DNA of 64,000 bases from Phoronis australis (Eukaryota; Animalia; Phoronida), in assembly GCA_002633005.1 (NCBI GenBank), contig NMRA01000062.1, positions 729,981 to 793,980 on the forward strand, in the 5' to 3' direction. Each line of letters begins with the position of its first letter. Position 1 is the first letter of the stretch. A program made the position numbers and the translations under genes. Below are positions 13,081 through 25,229 of this stretch, in pieces. A model generated the notes under the pieces. The model saw nothing but the letters and a program-made list of their open reading frames with translations, did no database searches and was not told where the DNA came from.

Positions 13081-13395
13081 GAATTTCCGGAGAAAGGCCC
13101 ACCCAATGAAACGCCCATGTCCAAGCACGCAGACGGCGACATCTTCCCAAACGCCCGGGAGCTGTTATTGATAGTATGTCTATCCCCTATTGGATCCAGT
13201 GTGGCAGAGAGTTCACTTTCTGTGCGTGTGAAGACACATTTGAGGGCTACAATGTCTGAGGAAAAGCTCGCTGGGTTATCAATGATGGCCATGCATTACG
13301 AAGCTACGAAAAGACTAGACAAGTCACTGGTCGTCAAGCGCTTTATCCAGAGCAACCCAAGGCGTTTGTTTTGCAAGTCTATCTTATTTCACTGA
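13081..13395 (+). pseudogene. hAT transposase C-terminal dimerisation-domain fragment (THAP12/ZMYM1-like class)
   Basis: IFPNARELLLIVCLSPIGSSVAESSLS.RVKTHLRATMSEEKLAGLSMMAMH...VVKRF...NPRRL matches the FPN..L..P.....ERSFS.L..K..LR.TM...RL..L pattern; 5'-truncated. Confidence 0.8.
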
Positions 13396-13524
13396 AAGTG
13401 CGCCAAGTTTTGTCTGTTAGTAACGGCAAGATGCATAAAATACATGCATGAGCAACCACTCGGGATTAAAAAAATTCTAGGGAACAGTTTTCAATTCAGC
13501 TTATTTGTAGCTATTGACTTTTAG

Positions 13525-13930
13525 TGTTCTGGTCTCTCGGTGAAGTGGTCTTGTAATATTTTTTACCACAGTGTGCTTCGTAAAGCTATCTACCGAGTCG
13601 GTACTTTTTGCTCTCACGACAGTTCGAGAATTTTTTGAGATATTTAGGATAGTGAAGTTTTTGTCTCTCAACGAACCATGTAGATATTGACCCTCACTGT
13701 AGTTCTGGTCCCTCGGCGACCTAGTCTTGTGATATTTTTTAACACATTGTGCTTTGTAAAACTATTTACCTCAGTCAGGACTGTTTAGTCCCGCGACAGA
13801 TTTACTATTTTTTACTAAGCACAGGTGTACTTTTGGTCTCGTGACGGACAAGGCTAGCTTATTTACATCTTGATTCTCAGTGGGCACCTGGTCTCTCGGC
13901 GAATTGGTCTTGTATATCTTTTCACCACGG
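13525..13930 (+). repeat. Degenerate tandem repeat of about 180 bp, 3 copies
   Basis: ctggtc(t/c)ctcgg..a...gtcttgt..tat.tttt.a.cac at about 13529, 13705 and 13888. Confidence 0.65.
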
Positions 13931-13932
13931 TG

Positions 13933-14088
13933 CAGGGGCGGATCCAGGCAGGGCACAGGAACAACCAGAATTGCGGCAGAAGCGCGCGCGCAGCCTAAAA
14001 TGTGGAGATGTTGGGGTCTTGAATTTTGGTATCTGGTAGAATCTTAGGGGAGGGCATGGCCCCCTTGGCCCTCCTAAATCCGCCACTG
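13933..14088. mobile_element. MITE with CAG(G/T)GGCGGAT termini and 5-bp TSD (CGGTG)
   Basis: cggtg|caggggcggatcc...aaatccgccactg|cggtg. Confidence 0.85.
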
Positions 14089-14218
14089 CGGTGTACAGCA
14101 TGTTTTGGTTCCGTGAAAATATTTTCAGGTGATTTGTTCCCTGGTACATTTGACGTTTTTCAATTGTGACATACAGTGACCCAACAGTGAATGTGGTTCA
14201 GTTTAATAAAGTGATACC

Positions 14219-15382
14219 CAGCCGATTTCATAAAGGTGGTTTAACGAAACCAGGTTTAAGACTTAAACCTGGTCTTCCTAAACCTGGTCTAATTTTAGAG
14301 CTAGCTTGCATTTCACCAACGTGGTTTAAAAGTCTGAAAGCCTGGTTTTGTTAGCCCTGGGAGCCAGTTTAGTAAAACCAGGTTTAAAGTATCCAAGCCA
14401 CCCTGCTGTGTCGATCTGGCTTAACCCAACAAAGAAACTATAGAAGTGCTTCAATGAAACCTTGATCAAGGCACGTGGGTATACAATGGCACACACTAGT
14501 AGAATCAGTGCAGGCATTTGCGAAAAAGGTCTAAAAGCTTTTCACATGAGGAAAAATGTAATGTCTGTGCCCAACTCACGTACACACATGCTCACGATTA
14601 GCCGCAACACAATAAATGTCCAAATTTATTTCTGTGCCGTTTTAGTGTTTATTGTTCGCGGCCAAAGGGGTGGAGCAAGACCCCTTCCCGGCAACATTAA
14701 GTCGGAGACCAATGGAGGTGGAACTCAGACGAATCAGAAGATGCTGTCCTCAGTCAAACCCGTAGCGTGTACGACGATGACGCCCTGCTCGACCAGTCGT
14801 ATTCTGAGGAATCAGCAGGACGCCATCCAGCACGTACTGGTCTACACATATGCGGTTGCAAAGCGGTCAAGAGGTCCAGACCCCCTTTTCCCTTGATTTT
14901 AGTGATATCAAATCTATAATTTTCAAATGGTTGACTTGTTCCCTCCTTTTAAAAAGCCCTTGATCAACCCTCCCCCTTAAAAATCGTGGATCCGCCCCTG
15001 CTACGTTTGACCTTGTGGCGTCGTAAAACTGAATATTGAAAATAGTCCATTTTTGCTCAAAAACTGCGTCGCAACTGCACACCACGGCACCATTCCGTTG
15101 CACCTATATCGTGAAGTCTGTCATATTTAACAGTTAAACGTTGGTCTGACCAAGTCTAAAGTTAAACCTGGTTTAAGATCTTAATACAGGTCTAAAGAAT
15201 ACAGACCTCGTTGGTGAAATGAAAATTGAATTAGACCAGGTCTAAGTTGGAGTTAAACCAGGTTTTACTAGACCACTGGTCTAAAAGTTAAGCCACCTTT
15301 ATGAAATACAGATTGTCTTTAACCTGATCTAAGTCCAGTTTAAACCAGGTTTAACTTTAAACCACCTTTATGAAATCGGCTG
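14219..15382. mobile_element. Non-autonomous TIR element (probably PIF/Harbinger-like) with subterminal aaacctggt repeats and a nested MITE
   Basis: 26-bp perfect inverted repeat cagccgatttcataaaggtggtttaa (14219-14244) / ttaaaccacctttatgaaatcggctg (15357-15382); no clear TSD. Confidence 0.8.
14847..15000. mobile_element. Nested copy of the 5-bp-TSD MITE family
   Basis: ctaca|catatgcggtt...ggatccgcccctg|ctacg (TSD 4/5 match). Confidence 0.65.
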
Positions 15383-16096
15383 CAAGTGTTTATTATCGCT
15401 TTTAATGATAGACTATAAGCTGAGATCCCCATCGTTCGTCAGTTTTTCTCGTAACGAGACTGAACATATGTTTATTTCCGGATGTAACAGTGCCTGTCTT
15501 CGTTCTTAAACAACTTACGCGATCATCTGACATTCAAGCGTTGTGTTTTTATTTGGCCGTCGGTGCTTCTTATGCTATTGAATGTTCGGTAGTTGTCTAA
15601 ACCCATGTGTAAACTATAGACATGTTCGTATACGCTTTTTCGTATGCTATAATCGATGTGTAGTCAGATGTTCCAACTAAAATTTTGCTGGTGGCTTGAC
15701 TCATTCCCAGATACGCACAAATATTGTTTTACGGAACTTATGAACCGAGTTTATATGACGAAATCGAGAAGAGATTTGAATCATCTTAAAAAAAGTCTAG
15801 AGTCACGTTAATTAACACATAACTCGCCAGGGTGCAAGGAAATTACACTACTTGGGTACAAAAACAAAAATTGTCTTACAAGGGCGAGCGGAACCCCCCN
15901 CGGCTCTACGCGCTTCGGATTCGCGCCTTGCGCCTTACCCGAATCCTAAACCCTCCCATTTACCACTGTGAAATTATGGCAGGCCCTCTCGCGACATCCT
16001 AGATTCAATTTCGTTTTCCCTTTTCGTAAATCCTGTGCATAGTGATCAAGAAACTGTTTAAAATACTTCAAGTTATAATGAGATTTTATACTGCTG

Positions 16097-19000
16097 CTAC
16101 GATGGGGCATAACATAGCGAGTTTCGTTGGCGATGGTATTTTCTGTCTCTGCCTAGCAATGTCATTTTTTGAATATTAAGAAACGCCAGCAGCTCGTAAC
16201 TTGGAAATTCGGTGTACATGTAAGTGTCTGAGTAAGAACTTTGGCTTGATGTGGATAATGTCCATAACGAATTATTGGCATTCTTCATTATCCTCTTCCC
16301 CAGTGAAGGCATTTTAAACGTTGGCGACTTGCCATTCCGACTTTTGACTGCTCGCTTCGGGCTCTTTCTGGATAATGCCGACGATCCTCTTCTTGAAGAA
16401 CGAGAATTACGTCTTGGATGTTGTTGTACAGCAGGCAACTGTGGGGAGTGTGGTGGCGATGGGACTGGGTACTTTTTCGATGTCCACTGTTGCTGTTGCC
16501 GCTGTTCAGCACCCATTTCACGGCGTACCTCTACATCAGGCAACGGCTGGCATACACCAGTTGTTGCAGATGGAATACTTCTTTCCGTAGCTGCCATCTC
16601 CAGCCTTTGCAACAGTTGTGGTGGCAGTGGTGGCCGTGGTGGTTTCGTCTTTTGCTTTGAAGTCTGTGGCAAGTTTCCACACGGCATTCCTGCCAATTCA
16701 CCAACCATTTGCGGTTTCGATTGTGATAATCCTGTTGCAGGAGCTGGTGCCTGGTTTAATAGTTCAAGTGGCACTTGCTGCCTTGTATGTTGTGGTCTTT
16801 GCACGACTGTTGTTGAAATTTGTATTGGCGATGCTTGCGGTCTTTGCTGTGCTGCTGTTCGAGCTGACGGTACTTGCGTTCTTTGCTGTTCTGTTGCTGA
16901 TATCTGAACTGGCAGTGCTTGTGGTGTTTGCTGTGCTGTTGATGTTGCTGTTGTTGGAGCTGGTGGTGCTTGTGGTCTTTGCTGTGCTACTTTTGGCATT
17001 TGAACTGGTTGGGCTTGCGCTTTTTGCTGTGTTGATGGCGATATTGAAGCTGTCGGAGCTTGCGGTCTTTGCTTTGCGGCTGCTGACGTTTGAACTGGTC
17101 GCCCTTGTGGTCTTTGCTGTGCTGTTGTTGATACTGGGGCTGTCGGTGCTTGTGGACTTTGTTGTGCTGTTGCAGACATTTGAATTGACTTTGCTCGCGG
17201 TCTTTGCTTTGCTGCTGCTGACTTTTGAACTGAGGGTGCTTGTGGATTTTGCTGTGCTGTTGTTAAAATTGGAGCTAGCGGTGCTTGTGGACTTTGCTGT
17301 GGTGCTGTTGGCATATGAACTGGCTTTTCTTGCGGTCTTTGCTTTGCTGCTCCTGACGTTTGAACTGGTGGTGCTTGTGGTCTTTGTTGTGCTGTTGTTG
17401 ATACTGGAGGTGGCTGCGCTTGTGGACTTTGTTGTGCTGTTGCAGACCTTTGAATTGACTTTGCTCGCGGTCTTTGCTTTGCTGCTGCTGACTTTTGAAC
17501 TGAGGGTGCTTGTGGATTTTGCTGTGCTGTTGTTAAAATTGGAGCTAGCGGTGCTTGTGGACTTTGCTGTGGTGCTGTTGGCATATGAACTGGCTTTTCT
17601 TGCGGTCTTTGCTTTGCTGCTCCTGACGTTTGAACTGGTGGTGCTTGTGGTCTTTGCTGTGCTGTTGTTGATACTGGAGGTGGCTGCGCTTGTGGACTTT
17701 GTTGTGCTGTTGCAGACCTTTGAATTGACTTTGCTCGCGGTCTTTGCTTTGCTGCTGCTGTCTTTTGAACTGGGGGTGCTTGTGGATTTTGCTGTGCTGT
17801 TGTTAAAATTGGAGCTTGCGGTGCTTGTGGACTTTCCTGTAGTGCTGTTGGCATATGAACTGGCTTTGCTTGCGTTCTTTGCTTTGCTGCTCCTGACGTT
17901 TGAACTGGTGGTGCTTGTGCTCTTTGCTGCACTGTTGTTGATACTGGGGCTGGCTGTGCTCGTGGACTTTGTTGTGCTGTTTCAGACATTTGAACTGACC
18001 TTGCTCGCGGTCTTTGCTTTGTTGTTGCTGATTTTTGAACTGGTGGTGCTTGTGGTTTTTGCTGTGGTGTTGTTGATATTGGAGCTAGCAGTGCTAGTAT
18101 ATTTTGCTGTGCCCATGCACACGTTTCAACTGGCTTTGCTTGCGGTCTTTGTTTTGCTGCTGTTGACTTTTGAACTGGTGGTGCTTGTGCTATTTGCTCT
18201 GCTGTTGTTGATACTGGAGCTGACGGTGCTTGTGGACTTTGTTGTGCTGTTGCAGACATTTGAATTGATTTTGCTCGCGGTCTTTGCTTTGCTGCTGCTG
18301 ACTTTTGAACTGAGGGTGCTTGTGGATTTTGCTTTGCTGTTGTTAAAATTGGAGCTAGCGGTGCTTGTGGACTTTGCTGTGGTGCTGTTGGCATATGAAC
18401 TGGCTTTTCTTGCGGTCTTTGCTTTGCTGCTCCTGACGTTTGAACTGGTGGTGCTTGTGGTCTTTGCTGTGCTGTTGTTGATACAGGAGGTGGCTGCGCT
18501 TGTGGACTTTGTTGTGCTGTTGCAGACCTTTGAATTGACTTTGCTCGCGGTCTTTGCTTTGCTGCTGCTGACTTTTGAACTGAGGGTGCTTGTGGATTTT
18601 GCTGTGCTGTTGCTAAAATTGGAGCTGGCGGTGCTTGTGGACTTTGTTGTGCTGTTGCAGACATTTGAACTGGCTTTGCTTGTAGTCTTTGCTCTATTGT
18701 TGCTGACATTTGGAATGGCGGTGCTTGAGGTATTTCCTGTGATATTGGAGCTAACGGTGTCTTTTGCTGTGCTGCTGCTGACATTTGAAGTGGCAGTGCT
18801 TGCGGTCGTTGCTGTGCTGTTCCTGAGAGTGGATTTGGCGATGCTTGCGCTTTTTGATTTGTTATTTTAACTGGCGGTACTTCTGTTCTTTGTTGGATTG
18901 AATTTGGTGGTGGTCCTTCTCGTTGTTTTTCTGCTGACACAGGTGGCTGAGGCACTTTCGTTTTCAAAATGTTCGCGGGTGCTGTCGGGCCAGGATGAGG

Positions 19001-19885
19001 CACCATCTGCCGAGTGTGGCCTTGAATATTTTGCTTCGAAGGCAGCACTGGTTGCTTTTGTTGCAAATTGTCTGAAACTACTGATTGTTGAGCTTGGGTC
19101 TTGTTTTTTAAAGCTTTTAGTTTTTCTGAAGTCGTGGCAGCGTCTTCATTACGGTGGTGTGAGTGCTGTTGTTGTTGTTGTTGTTGTTGTTGTAGAAGTT
19201 TCTGTTGCTGGTGTTGTTGTTGCTGTTGCTCTATACGTGTCCGCAGATCAGGTTGTTTTACTTTAGCTACCTTTTCCGGATAGATTCTGGGAATATCTGC
19301 TGTCTTCTTTGGGTTGACCGGCACCGTTCGATCTTGAGAGGGTGGTGGTACTCGTGCAGGTTGGTGGTCTTGCGCGACTTCTGTCTGCTGATTACAGATT
19401 GAATGTCTCCGTCGTTTCCCTTCTTTCGCTTGCTGTGCCTTTGGTTGATCTTCTGTCGGCACTGTAAATTTCTTTCCTTTGACGTGTTTTGGATTTCGTG
19501 GGGGCAGCGGTGGCGCCTGTGCAGTTTCTTGTGACACTGCTATGTTGTCATCCCAGTATTGGGCTTTTTTGATATCGTAGTACTCCTGTGAATCTATCGT
19601 TTCCCATTGGCCGTCGTCCGCAATAGGGATGTGGCACGCCTCATCCAAAATTGGTGCATATTCGCTTTCCTTGTGTGGTTCAATTTTTTTGTTCACCTGA
19701 TCATCGAATTTTCGAGGAGACCCGGCGTTGTATTGTTGTATGCATGTACGCTCGTCTTTGGTAACAGTCTCAGTCGTATGTACGGATGGCGATATTATCC
19801 ATCTGCCGTCTCGCACAAGACCCTCCGGGCGTGGAGGTACAGGGGGCCTTTGTCTTGCGTTCCTAGCCTTAGTAATGTCCGCCAT
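16097..19885 (-). CDS. Uncharacterised 1262-aa intronless Q/P/A/T-rich protein (paralogue A): SH3-ligand motifs, polyQ, 15-aa repeat array, basic C-terminus, broken ITAM
   Basis: 3.8-kb open frame with an in-frame upstream stop and gaaATGG context. Collinear with 30685-34374 through in-frame indels. Motifs PPVPPRP, PPLPPRNPK, KPPRPPLPP. Confidence 0.8.
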   Translation of the reverse strand: MADITKARNARQRPPVPPRPEGLVRDGRWIISPSVHTTETVTKDERTCIQQYNAGSPRKFDDQVNKKIEPHKESEYAPILDEACHIPIADDGQWETIDSQEYYDIKKAQYWDDNIAVSQETAQAPPLPPRNPKHVKGKKFTVPTEDQPKAQQAKEGKRRRHSICNQQTEVAQDHQPARVPPPSQDRTVPVNPKKTADIPRIYPEKVAKVKQPDLRTRIEQQQQQHQQQKLLQQQQQQQQQHSHHRNEDAATTSEKLKALKNKTQAQQSVVSDNLQQKQPVLPSKQNIQGHTRQMVPHPGPTAPANILKTKVPQPPVSAEKQREGPPPNSIQQRTEVPPVKITNQKAQASPNPLSGTAQQRPQALPLQMSAAAQQKTPLAPISQEIPQAPPFQMSATIEQRLQAKPVQMSATAQQSPQAPPAPILATAQQNPQAPSVQKSAAAKQRPRAKSIQRSATAQQSPQAQPPPVSTTAQQRPQAPPVQTSGAAKQRPQEKPVHMPTAPQQSPQAPLAPILTTAKQNPQAPSVQKSAAAKQRPRAKSIQMSATAQQSPQAPSAPVSTTAEQIAQAPPVQKSTAAKQRPQAKPVETCAWAQQNILALLAPISTTPQQKPQAPPVQKSATTKQRPRARSVQMSETAQQSPRAQPAPVSTTVQQRAQAPPVQTSGAAKQRTQAKPVHMPTALQESPQAPQAPILTTAQQNPQAPPVQKTAAAKQRPRAKSIQRSATAQQSPQAQPPPVSTTAQQRPQAPPVQTSGAAKQRPQEKPVHMPTAPQQSPQAPLAPILTTAQQNPQAPSVQKSAAAKQRPRAKSIQRSATAQQSPQAQPPPVSTTAQQRPQAPPVQTSGAAKQRPQEKPVHMPTAPQQSPQAPLAPILTTAQQNPQAPSVQKSAAAKQRPRAKSIQMSATAQQSPQAPTAPVSTTAQQRPQGRPVQTSAAAKQRPQAPTASISPSTQQKAQAQPVQMPKVAQQRPQAPPAPTTATSTAQQTPQALPVQISATEQQRTQVPSARTAAQQRPQASPIQISTTVVQRPQHTRQQVPLELLNQAPAPATGLSQSKPQMVGELAGMPCGNLPQTSKQKTKPPRPPLPPQLLQRLEMAATERSIPSATTGVCQPLPDVEVRREMGAEQRQQQQWTSKKYPVPSPPHSPQLPAVQQHPRRNSRSSRRGSSALSRKSPKRAVKSRNGKSPTFKMPSLGKRIMKNANNSLWTLSTSSQSSYSDTYMYTEFPSYELLAFLNIQKMTLLGRDRKYHRQRNSLCYAPS
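16840..18830 (-). repeat. Coding tandem repeat: 45-bp (15-aa) units with a 270-bp higher-order period
   Basis: Units such as QAPPVQTSGAAKQRP; identical blocks at 17221 and 17491. Confidence 0.92.
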
Positions 19886-20425
19886 TTCTAGTGTTGTGAC
19901 ACCTTGCGTGGCTTATTTTTCTCCATAATTTGTCCAATAGAATGCAAACTATCTCACCGAACGAAGGTTTAAATATGTATTGCCGCTATCTCATCATCCT
20001 TGGTGAACCCATTTCATCTAGAATATCAAACATTAAATTTTTAGAACATAAGTATTGAAAATGCGCTAACTGCTGATGATTTATTGTTGCCTAACAAAAT
20101 CGTGTGCTGAGTTCCGTGTACGCAAGAGTCTCTCGAACGTTTGCTTGATCTTGAGGTTTCGCGAGGTTCTCATGTTTACAGAACCGCACACTTGCATACT
20201 CCTGACTATTGCGGAGTTTGGGAGGATCTACACAAATGTAAGTTATCCTCTGTGCATATCCTACATTGTGCTACAATTCTATTCACAGGTAGTTTAGGAA
20301 TCAAAAGTCAGCAAATTGGGCATGACTTTTGAACCAATGGGGTACCCCAGGCACACGCCTCAGTGATTTGCGATGGCGGTCCTTTCTCGCCACAGAACAC
20401 ATTCTTTGAACATTTTGCAACTTAC

Positions 20426-20580
20426 CAGGGGCGGATCCTGGATTTTGAGTGAGAGGAGGCCAGGACAGAGTATTTTCGAAGATTTTGCCCATCAGACATT
20501 TGTACCCCCGTATTGCCAAATGGACTCTAGGAGAGTTTTAGGGAGCAAGGCCCCCATGGCCCCCCTTAAATCCGTCACAG
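20426..20580. mobile_element. 5-bp-TSD MITE (TSD CTTAC); empty site in duplicate copy 2 at about 34950
   Basis: cttac|caggggcggatcc...aaatccgtcacag|cttac. Confidence 0.88.
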
Positions 20581-22736
20581 CTTACATGTACGTGCCACTT
20601 TATTGCCACATCAATGCATGATTTTGCATTCCTAAATATGTTGACCAAATGACATGAGACACGAGTGTTGAGCATTCAAATTCCATTTTGAATTCATACG
20701 ATACTGAATCTTTGATGATTTTGTTACCAAGAGGGCGCGGCGACAAAGTCAGATACAAGTCGGAATTTGCGTCAGCGGCCGTGGAGGATAACAACAAGGT
20801 ATCAAATAGATTCTGGCAGTTTTGAATTGTTCGAAAACTTGACTTCTTGACAGAGCAGCACATTCATGGTTGTAAGTATTTCACTTATCAATGACTCAAT
20901 GAAGAACTCGAAATGAATGATCGGGAAAACCGAGTGAATTGTGGCTCGTAGGTCTACAATTTTTAGTTGTTGATTGTTCGAAATCCATACTTAACTGGTG
21001 ACATTTTGGAGACACACTTTAAACCAAGGACAGCATTATCTGTGACTCGTTTAATGCAAAAAAGAAAACTTGATCATGATGTGGTACCCGTTTGTTAAAC
21101 TTCCGATCGCCTGCTATCTGTGTTCGCGATAATGGCGACAAACGTGCTGTAATTTCTCTAAAATAAGTCATATACGGACTGTGCAACGGCACGGGCTATT
21201 TTAAATTGAAAGGACAGTAATTTTTTTAATTCTAAAAAGTTGGTGACAATGAAAGATATTCAGCGAATGTTTGGACTTGCAACCAACAACGTTAGTTTAT
21301 TCTTCAGCTGTCACAGCCAGCACCCGCGACCCACATTGTAGATCTCCATCGGTGACTGGCGGCTGGCGGAAACGTGTCTTGGCAGCAATACCGCCATCGA
21401 CGTGGATTATTGTCTGAAAGTACTCGTTGATTGAACCACAAGCAGTCGCCGTCTCTCTGGTCTATAAGATATAGTCAGTTGGCAAATCATCTGCTAGTTG
21501 AGCGACCAGTTAAATCATCGAGGCGGATTGCCGTGTTGGCCATAATTAGTTCCAAACGTTTGAAGTTTGCCTGCTTTAACAGGGCACCATCTTCTGTTTA
21601 AGAAGGCAGTAAAACCTGGTCTGATGACTCAACCAATCCTCATTCTTTCCCGTCGTAACGCACCATAGGCGTCTCATTTGATTCCGCGAGTAGATAAATG
21701 CAGGATTCAACACCATCACTGCCACACAATAGATGTTGAGGCTGGTGTTCAGATCTTAGACCAGATATATAATGCCATCCCCAGGCACCTCATAAAGGAG
21801 GCTATGCATGTACATGTACGGTTGAATCAAAAAATGATATAAACACTGGCTCATTTGAGCACCGACTGTTTGGATTTCTGATCTTTCCCATCCCAATGCA
21901 TTTTGACGTGTACCTGTACAGTCTGTTCTCCATCTGTGAATAATGTGAACTTTTGCCATGAGAATGGTTCATAGTGAATGAACTAAACGTCGGATCAATT
22001 TATCTTCGTTTCCTTACGCGATAATTTTAAAGTTCGTGCCCATGCTTTGGCCAAAAACAAATGTTGTTTGCATCAAAGATCAAAGGTAGCATTTTCCATA
22101 TAAGGGACATGTGCTACGTCTATGTTTTGTCATAGCAAATAAGGAGACATATTTTGCCTTTTGGGAGAAAAATCGTCGAAACGGCAAGCGATGGCTTTTT
22201 TAATTTGAAACTGAAGGAAAGTGTTTAAATAATGTAGTTTAGCCCGTTTTCCACGTTCTGTGCCACCTACGTTAAGCCCGAAGTTGGTCCAAGTTAAGAC
22301 AGAAAAACCTCATGGAATCACAGACTACAGTACATGGACAGTCAACTCCGTATATTTTCAATGGACGAAATCTGAAATCTTACGCATGAGCCCTGACGTC
22401 ACTATTCACTATCGACAACTGGCAGATATAGCACCTTTTATTTCTGCCAAGTACATGTAGGCCTACGTCATCTGCTAATCATGCATGGTCGGCTGTTGTG
22501 TGGTCGTGTACTATTGCCAAAAGTACTCACGATACCAAGAGTTCTACTATTGGAATACCTTGAACAGCGCTTCAATGCCGATTTTTTTTCGTTGTGCTGG
22601 ACAGTAAAATAGATACGAGAATTTCTCGTCGCAATACACTAACCGGAAGCTAATTTTGTGCTACGTTTATAAGGTGGCGCCTCCTCTGGGGTATTACGCA
22701 AGAAAATGTCTGAAATGCGAATCTGTTGTCTAATAT

Positions 22737-23491
22737 CAGTGGCGGATCTAGGTTATCACAAGGGGGAGGCCAACATTTTGTCCGGCTGTAAGAATTTGTG
22801 TAAACTGAACCACGATTGTAGATGCGTATAGCACCGAATGGGGGGAGGTCGGGAGGGGGGTTTGACCCCCTCCCGCTCAGGAAATTTTTCTGTTTTTACC
22901 TCTAAAAATCAAGCATTTTCCTTGATTCCTGAAGTATTATTCACGAAAAAAGGCAAAAAACGAAGAACGTGTCAAACAGGAAAAACTGCAAGTAGCAAAG
23001 ACTCGAACTCACGACCTGGCGATTAGTGCGCGCGTACGTTGCCACTACACCACCACGATTTAACTACTAATCACATACTAAGAGACCTACTTGTTTATGG
23101 TCCACAGCGTTTGCGCGCGAAACCTACTTCTTTTTGTAATGCTTATTACACTTTTATATTTTGTGCCATCGATTCTTAACAAATTTGTCGTATTTAAAAT
23201 AGTCTTCAAATGCCAAAAAGACCAAATCCATTTTTCGTGTTGGCAATAATGACGGGATTGCTTTGGAATCGTCTTAAGATAAGGTTTGGCAAAGAGAGTA
23301 TTGCGAGTTTCTGAGTGATTCACCAAGGCTTCGATTAAAATTCACATCTTACCAGCAGCTTCTGTTTTTTCATCGTCACTCAGGTTCCATTTTCTTTAAA
23401 AAATGAAGTAAATTTTCTTCATTGCACAGTGGAGCAGACGACGGAAACGGAGTCGTAGTGCGCAGCGCCGCTGCCTNTAAATCCGCCTATG
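22737..23491. mobile_element. Longer (755-bp) element with the same termini and 5-bp TSD (AATAT)
   Basis: aatat|cagtggcggatct...aaatccgcctatg|aatat; it interrupts another dispersed repeat. Confidence 0.82.
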
Positions 23492-23571
23492 AATATCCGT
23501 GATGAAACGAGCCTCTGCGTGGGAAAGTTGTTTCTGATATCTATTGTTGGGCCAAACCTTTATGTTATTAA

Positions 23572-25229
23572 AGGAGAATGCCACCCGATTTAATTAGGCT
23601 TCTTTACCGTCGTAATCCGTCTATATCCACATTGCCTCTTATACGGTCGACCTCACCTTGCCTAGAGGTGTCGCGTTGACCTGTGAGGAAGGTGAGAAAC
23701 GATGCAGTGACGTCAGTGGTTCGTCTGCAGAGTGAATGTCGCTATATTGCGGTGCATCGTTCCCGCTTGTCCGAACTATGTGAAGAAAGCGGGTATATCT
23801 TCCTCGAGAACCCGAAAATGCTTAGGAAGTGGCTCGCGGTTGTGAAGAATGAAAGTTAGGCTGTTAATAGCAAGAATGAGGCCGTGAAACGTCTCCGTCT
23901 CTGTGGCCGGCAATTTATTGACAGTGACTTCTCTGACGAATTCCGGCTTACCAAAGAACTATCCATACGTACCGTTGCCTGTGCATGTTCATGGCACCTC
24001 TCTAGTATTTCTTGATCAATGTATTCTGGTTCGAACTGATAGTCTGTGAAACCTAACGTGAAGTCTTTGTCGCCTGAGCCCTTGACTAAATGGGGATTGG
24101 CGCGCGGCGAGTTGCCATGTAGACGTTTATCATTCTGCGTTCTGTTTCAAAATGAATTATTCTCATCCTAACCAAAGCTTATATGAAACTGAAACAAAGT
24201 CTGTCTCATTAGATACAATTTGTGATGTCGGAGTGCTCGTGAGTTCAAATGTTTTGAGAAGCCAGCAATGAATAAGCCACTGCGTTACCGGCTTTTGATG
24301 CCGATATCAAAGGTAATTGACCGGGCACCGAGGCCGTGTGAGCGCATGCTAATTCAGTGTTTGCCGACAGAAAGCTGTTATGAAACAATTACTCGATTTT
24401 ATATGCTATGGTCACAAGTGAGGGAAATCTTTATTTAGAAATACAAATACATTATTCAAATCATTTTTACTGTACAACCTTTGCCCTGACGGTCTGTGGA
24501 AGGGGAACCCGACTTCGCGGCCCCCGACAAGTAAGTAGATTTTCAGTATCGTGGCTAATTCACATGAATAATTACGTGCATAATTATTGCTTTGGCTCAT
24601 TATTATAGTCTTTTCGTGACTGGAGGTTTAGTTTCCAACTCAAGCTGGTTTATGTTCGTGCCAGTCCTGATCAGGTTCCGAGCCACTGGTTGGGATAACG
24701 AGTCAGTCCCGCCGCGACGGGCCTGATCGGGTTCCGAGCCACTGGCCGGGATAACAAGCGTTTTGTGTGTTTAGAACTCAAAAGATCACAAGTAGAACAA
24801 CACAGATCTAGGTTCCCCTGTCTGTATTTCATGGAAGAATACTTTGAAATTATCTCCGAACAGACCCCAAACTCCTCAGTGCTACGGACCTTGGTAAATT
24901 GGCCTGCCGAACTTTGTAGGCTACGGTGTGTCCAAATACCAGTAAATCCGTAACAGCGAAATAAAACAACGCGTTTTTATAAGGGTTTGACATTTAATTT
25001 GATGATTAATTTGTATTAAATGATGAATTCAAGCTATAAGCTGACACCAGTAACCCGTGTTGTGAATTGCTGAACATACTCCGTGTGAAACCAATTACGT
25101 CATTGGATAATTTAAACACACCCATCTCCCGTAAGATGTCAGGTAACGCAACCGAACGTGCCGTTGTTGAGTAGAACTACTCGGTCTAAATTGATACAAA
25201 ATAGGTTGTGTTTTGGGTGGCATGCTCCT
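23572..25229 (+). mobile_element. Kolobok-like DNA transposon relic with TTAA TSD and a decayed THAP domain
   Basis: ttaa|aggagaatgccaccc ... gggtggcatgctcct|ttaa. At 23750-23930, RCIVPACPN / FLENPKMLRKWLAVV..* ..LRLCGRQF with a frameshift and a stop. Not seen in duplicate copy 2. Confidence 0.78.

Noticed and set aside
16300-16340. SPTFKMPSL / SPKFKIPSL resembling AHNAK KFKMP repeats
   Set aside because: A single short occurrence per protein, too little to claim homology with AHNAK or with the neighbouring giant gene.
16618-18870. 750-aa highly hydrophobic (L/V/A/F) ORF on the + strand resembling a polytopic membrane protein; similar ORFs at 31500-33032
   Set aside because: Antisense shadow of the CAA/GCA/CCA/ACA-rich repeat array; it is broken by stops in the paralogue and confined to the repeats.
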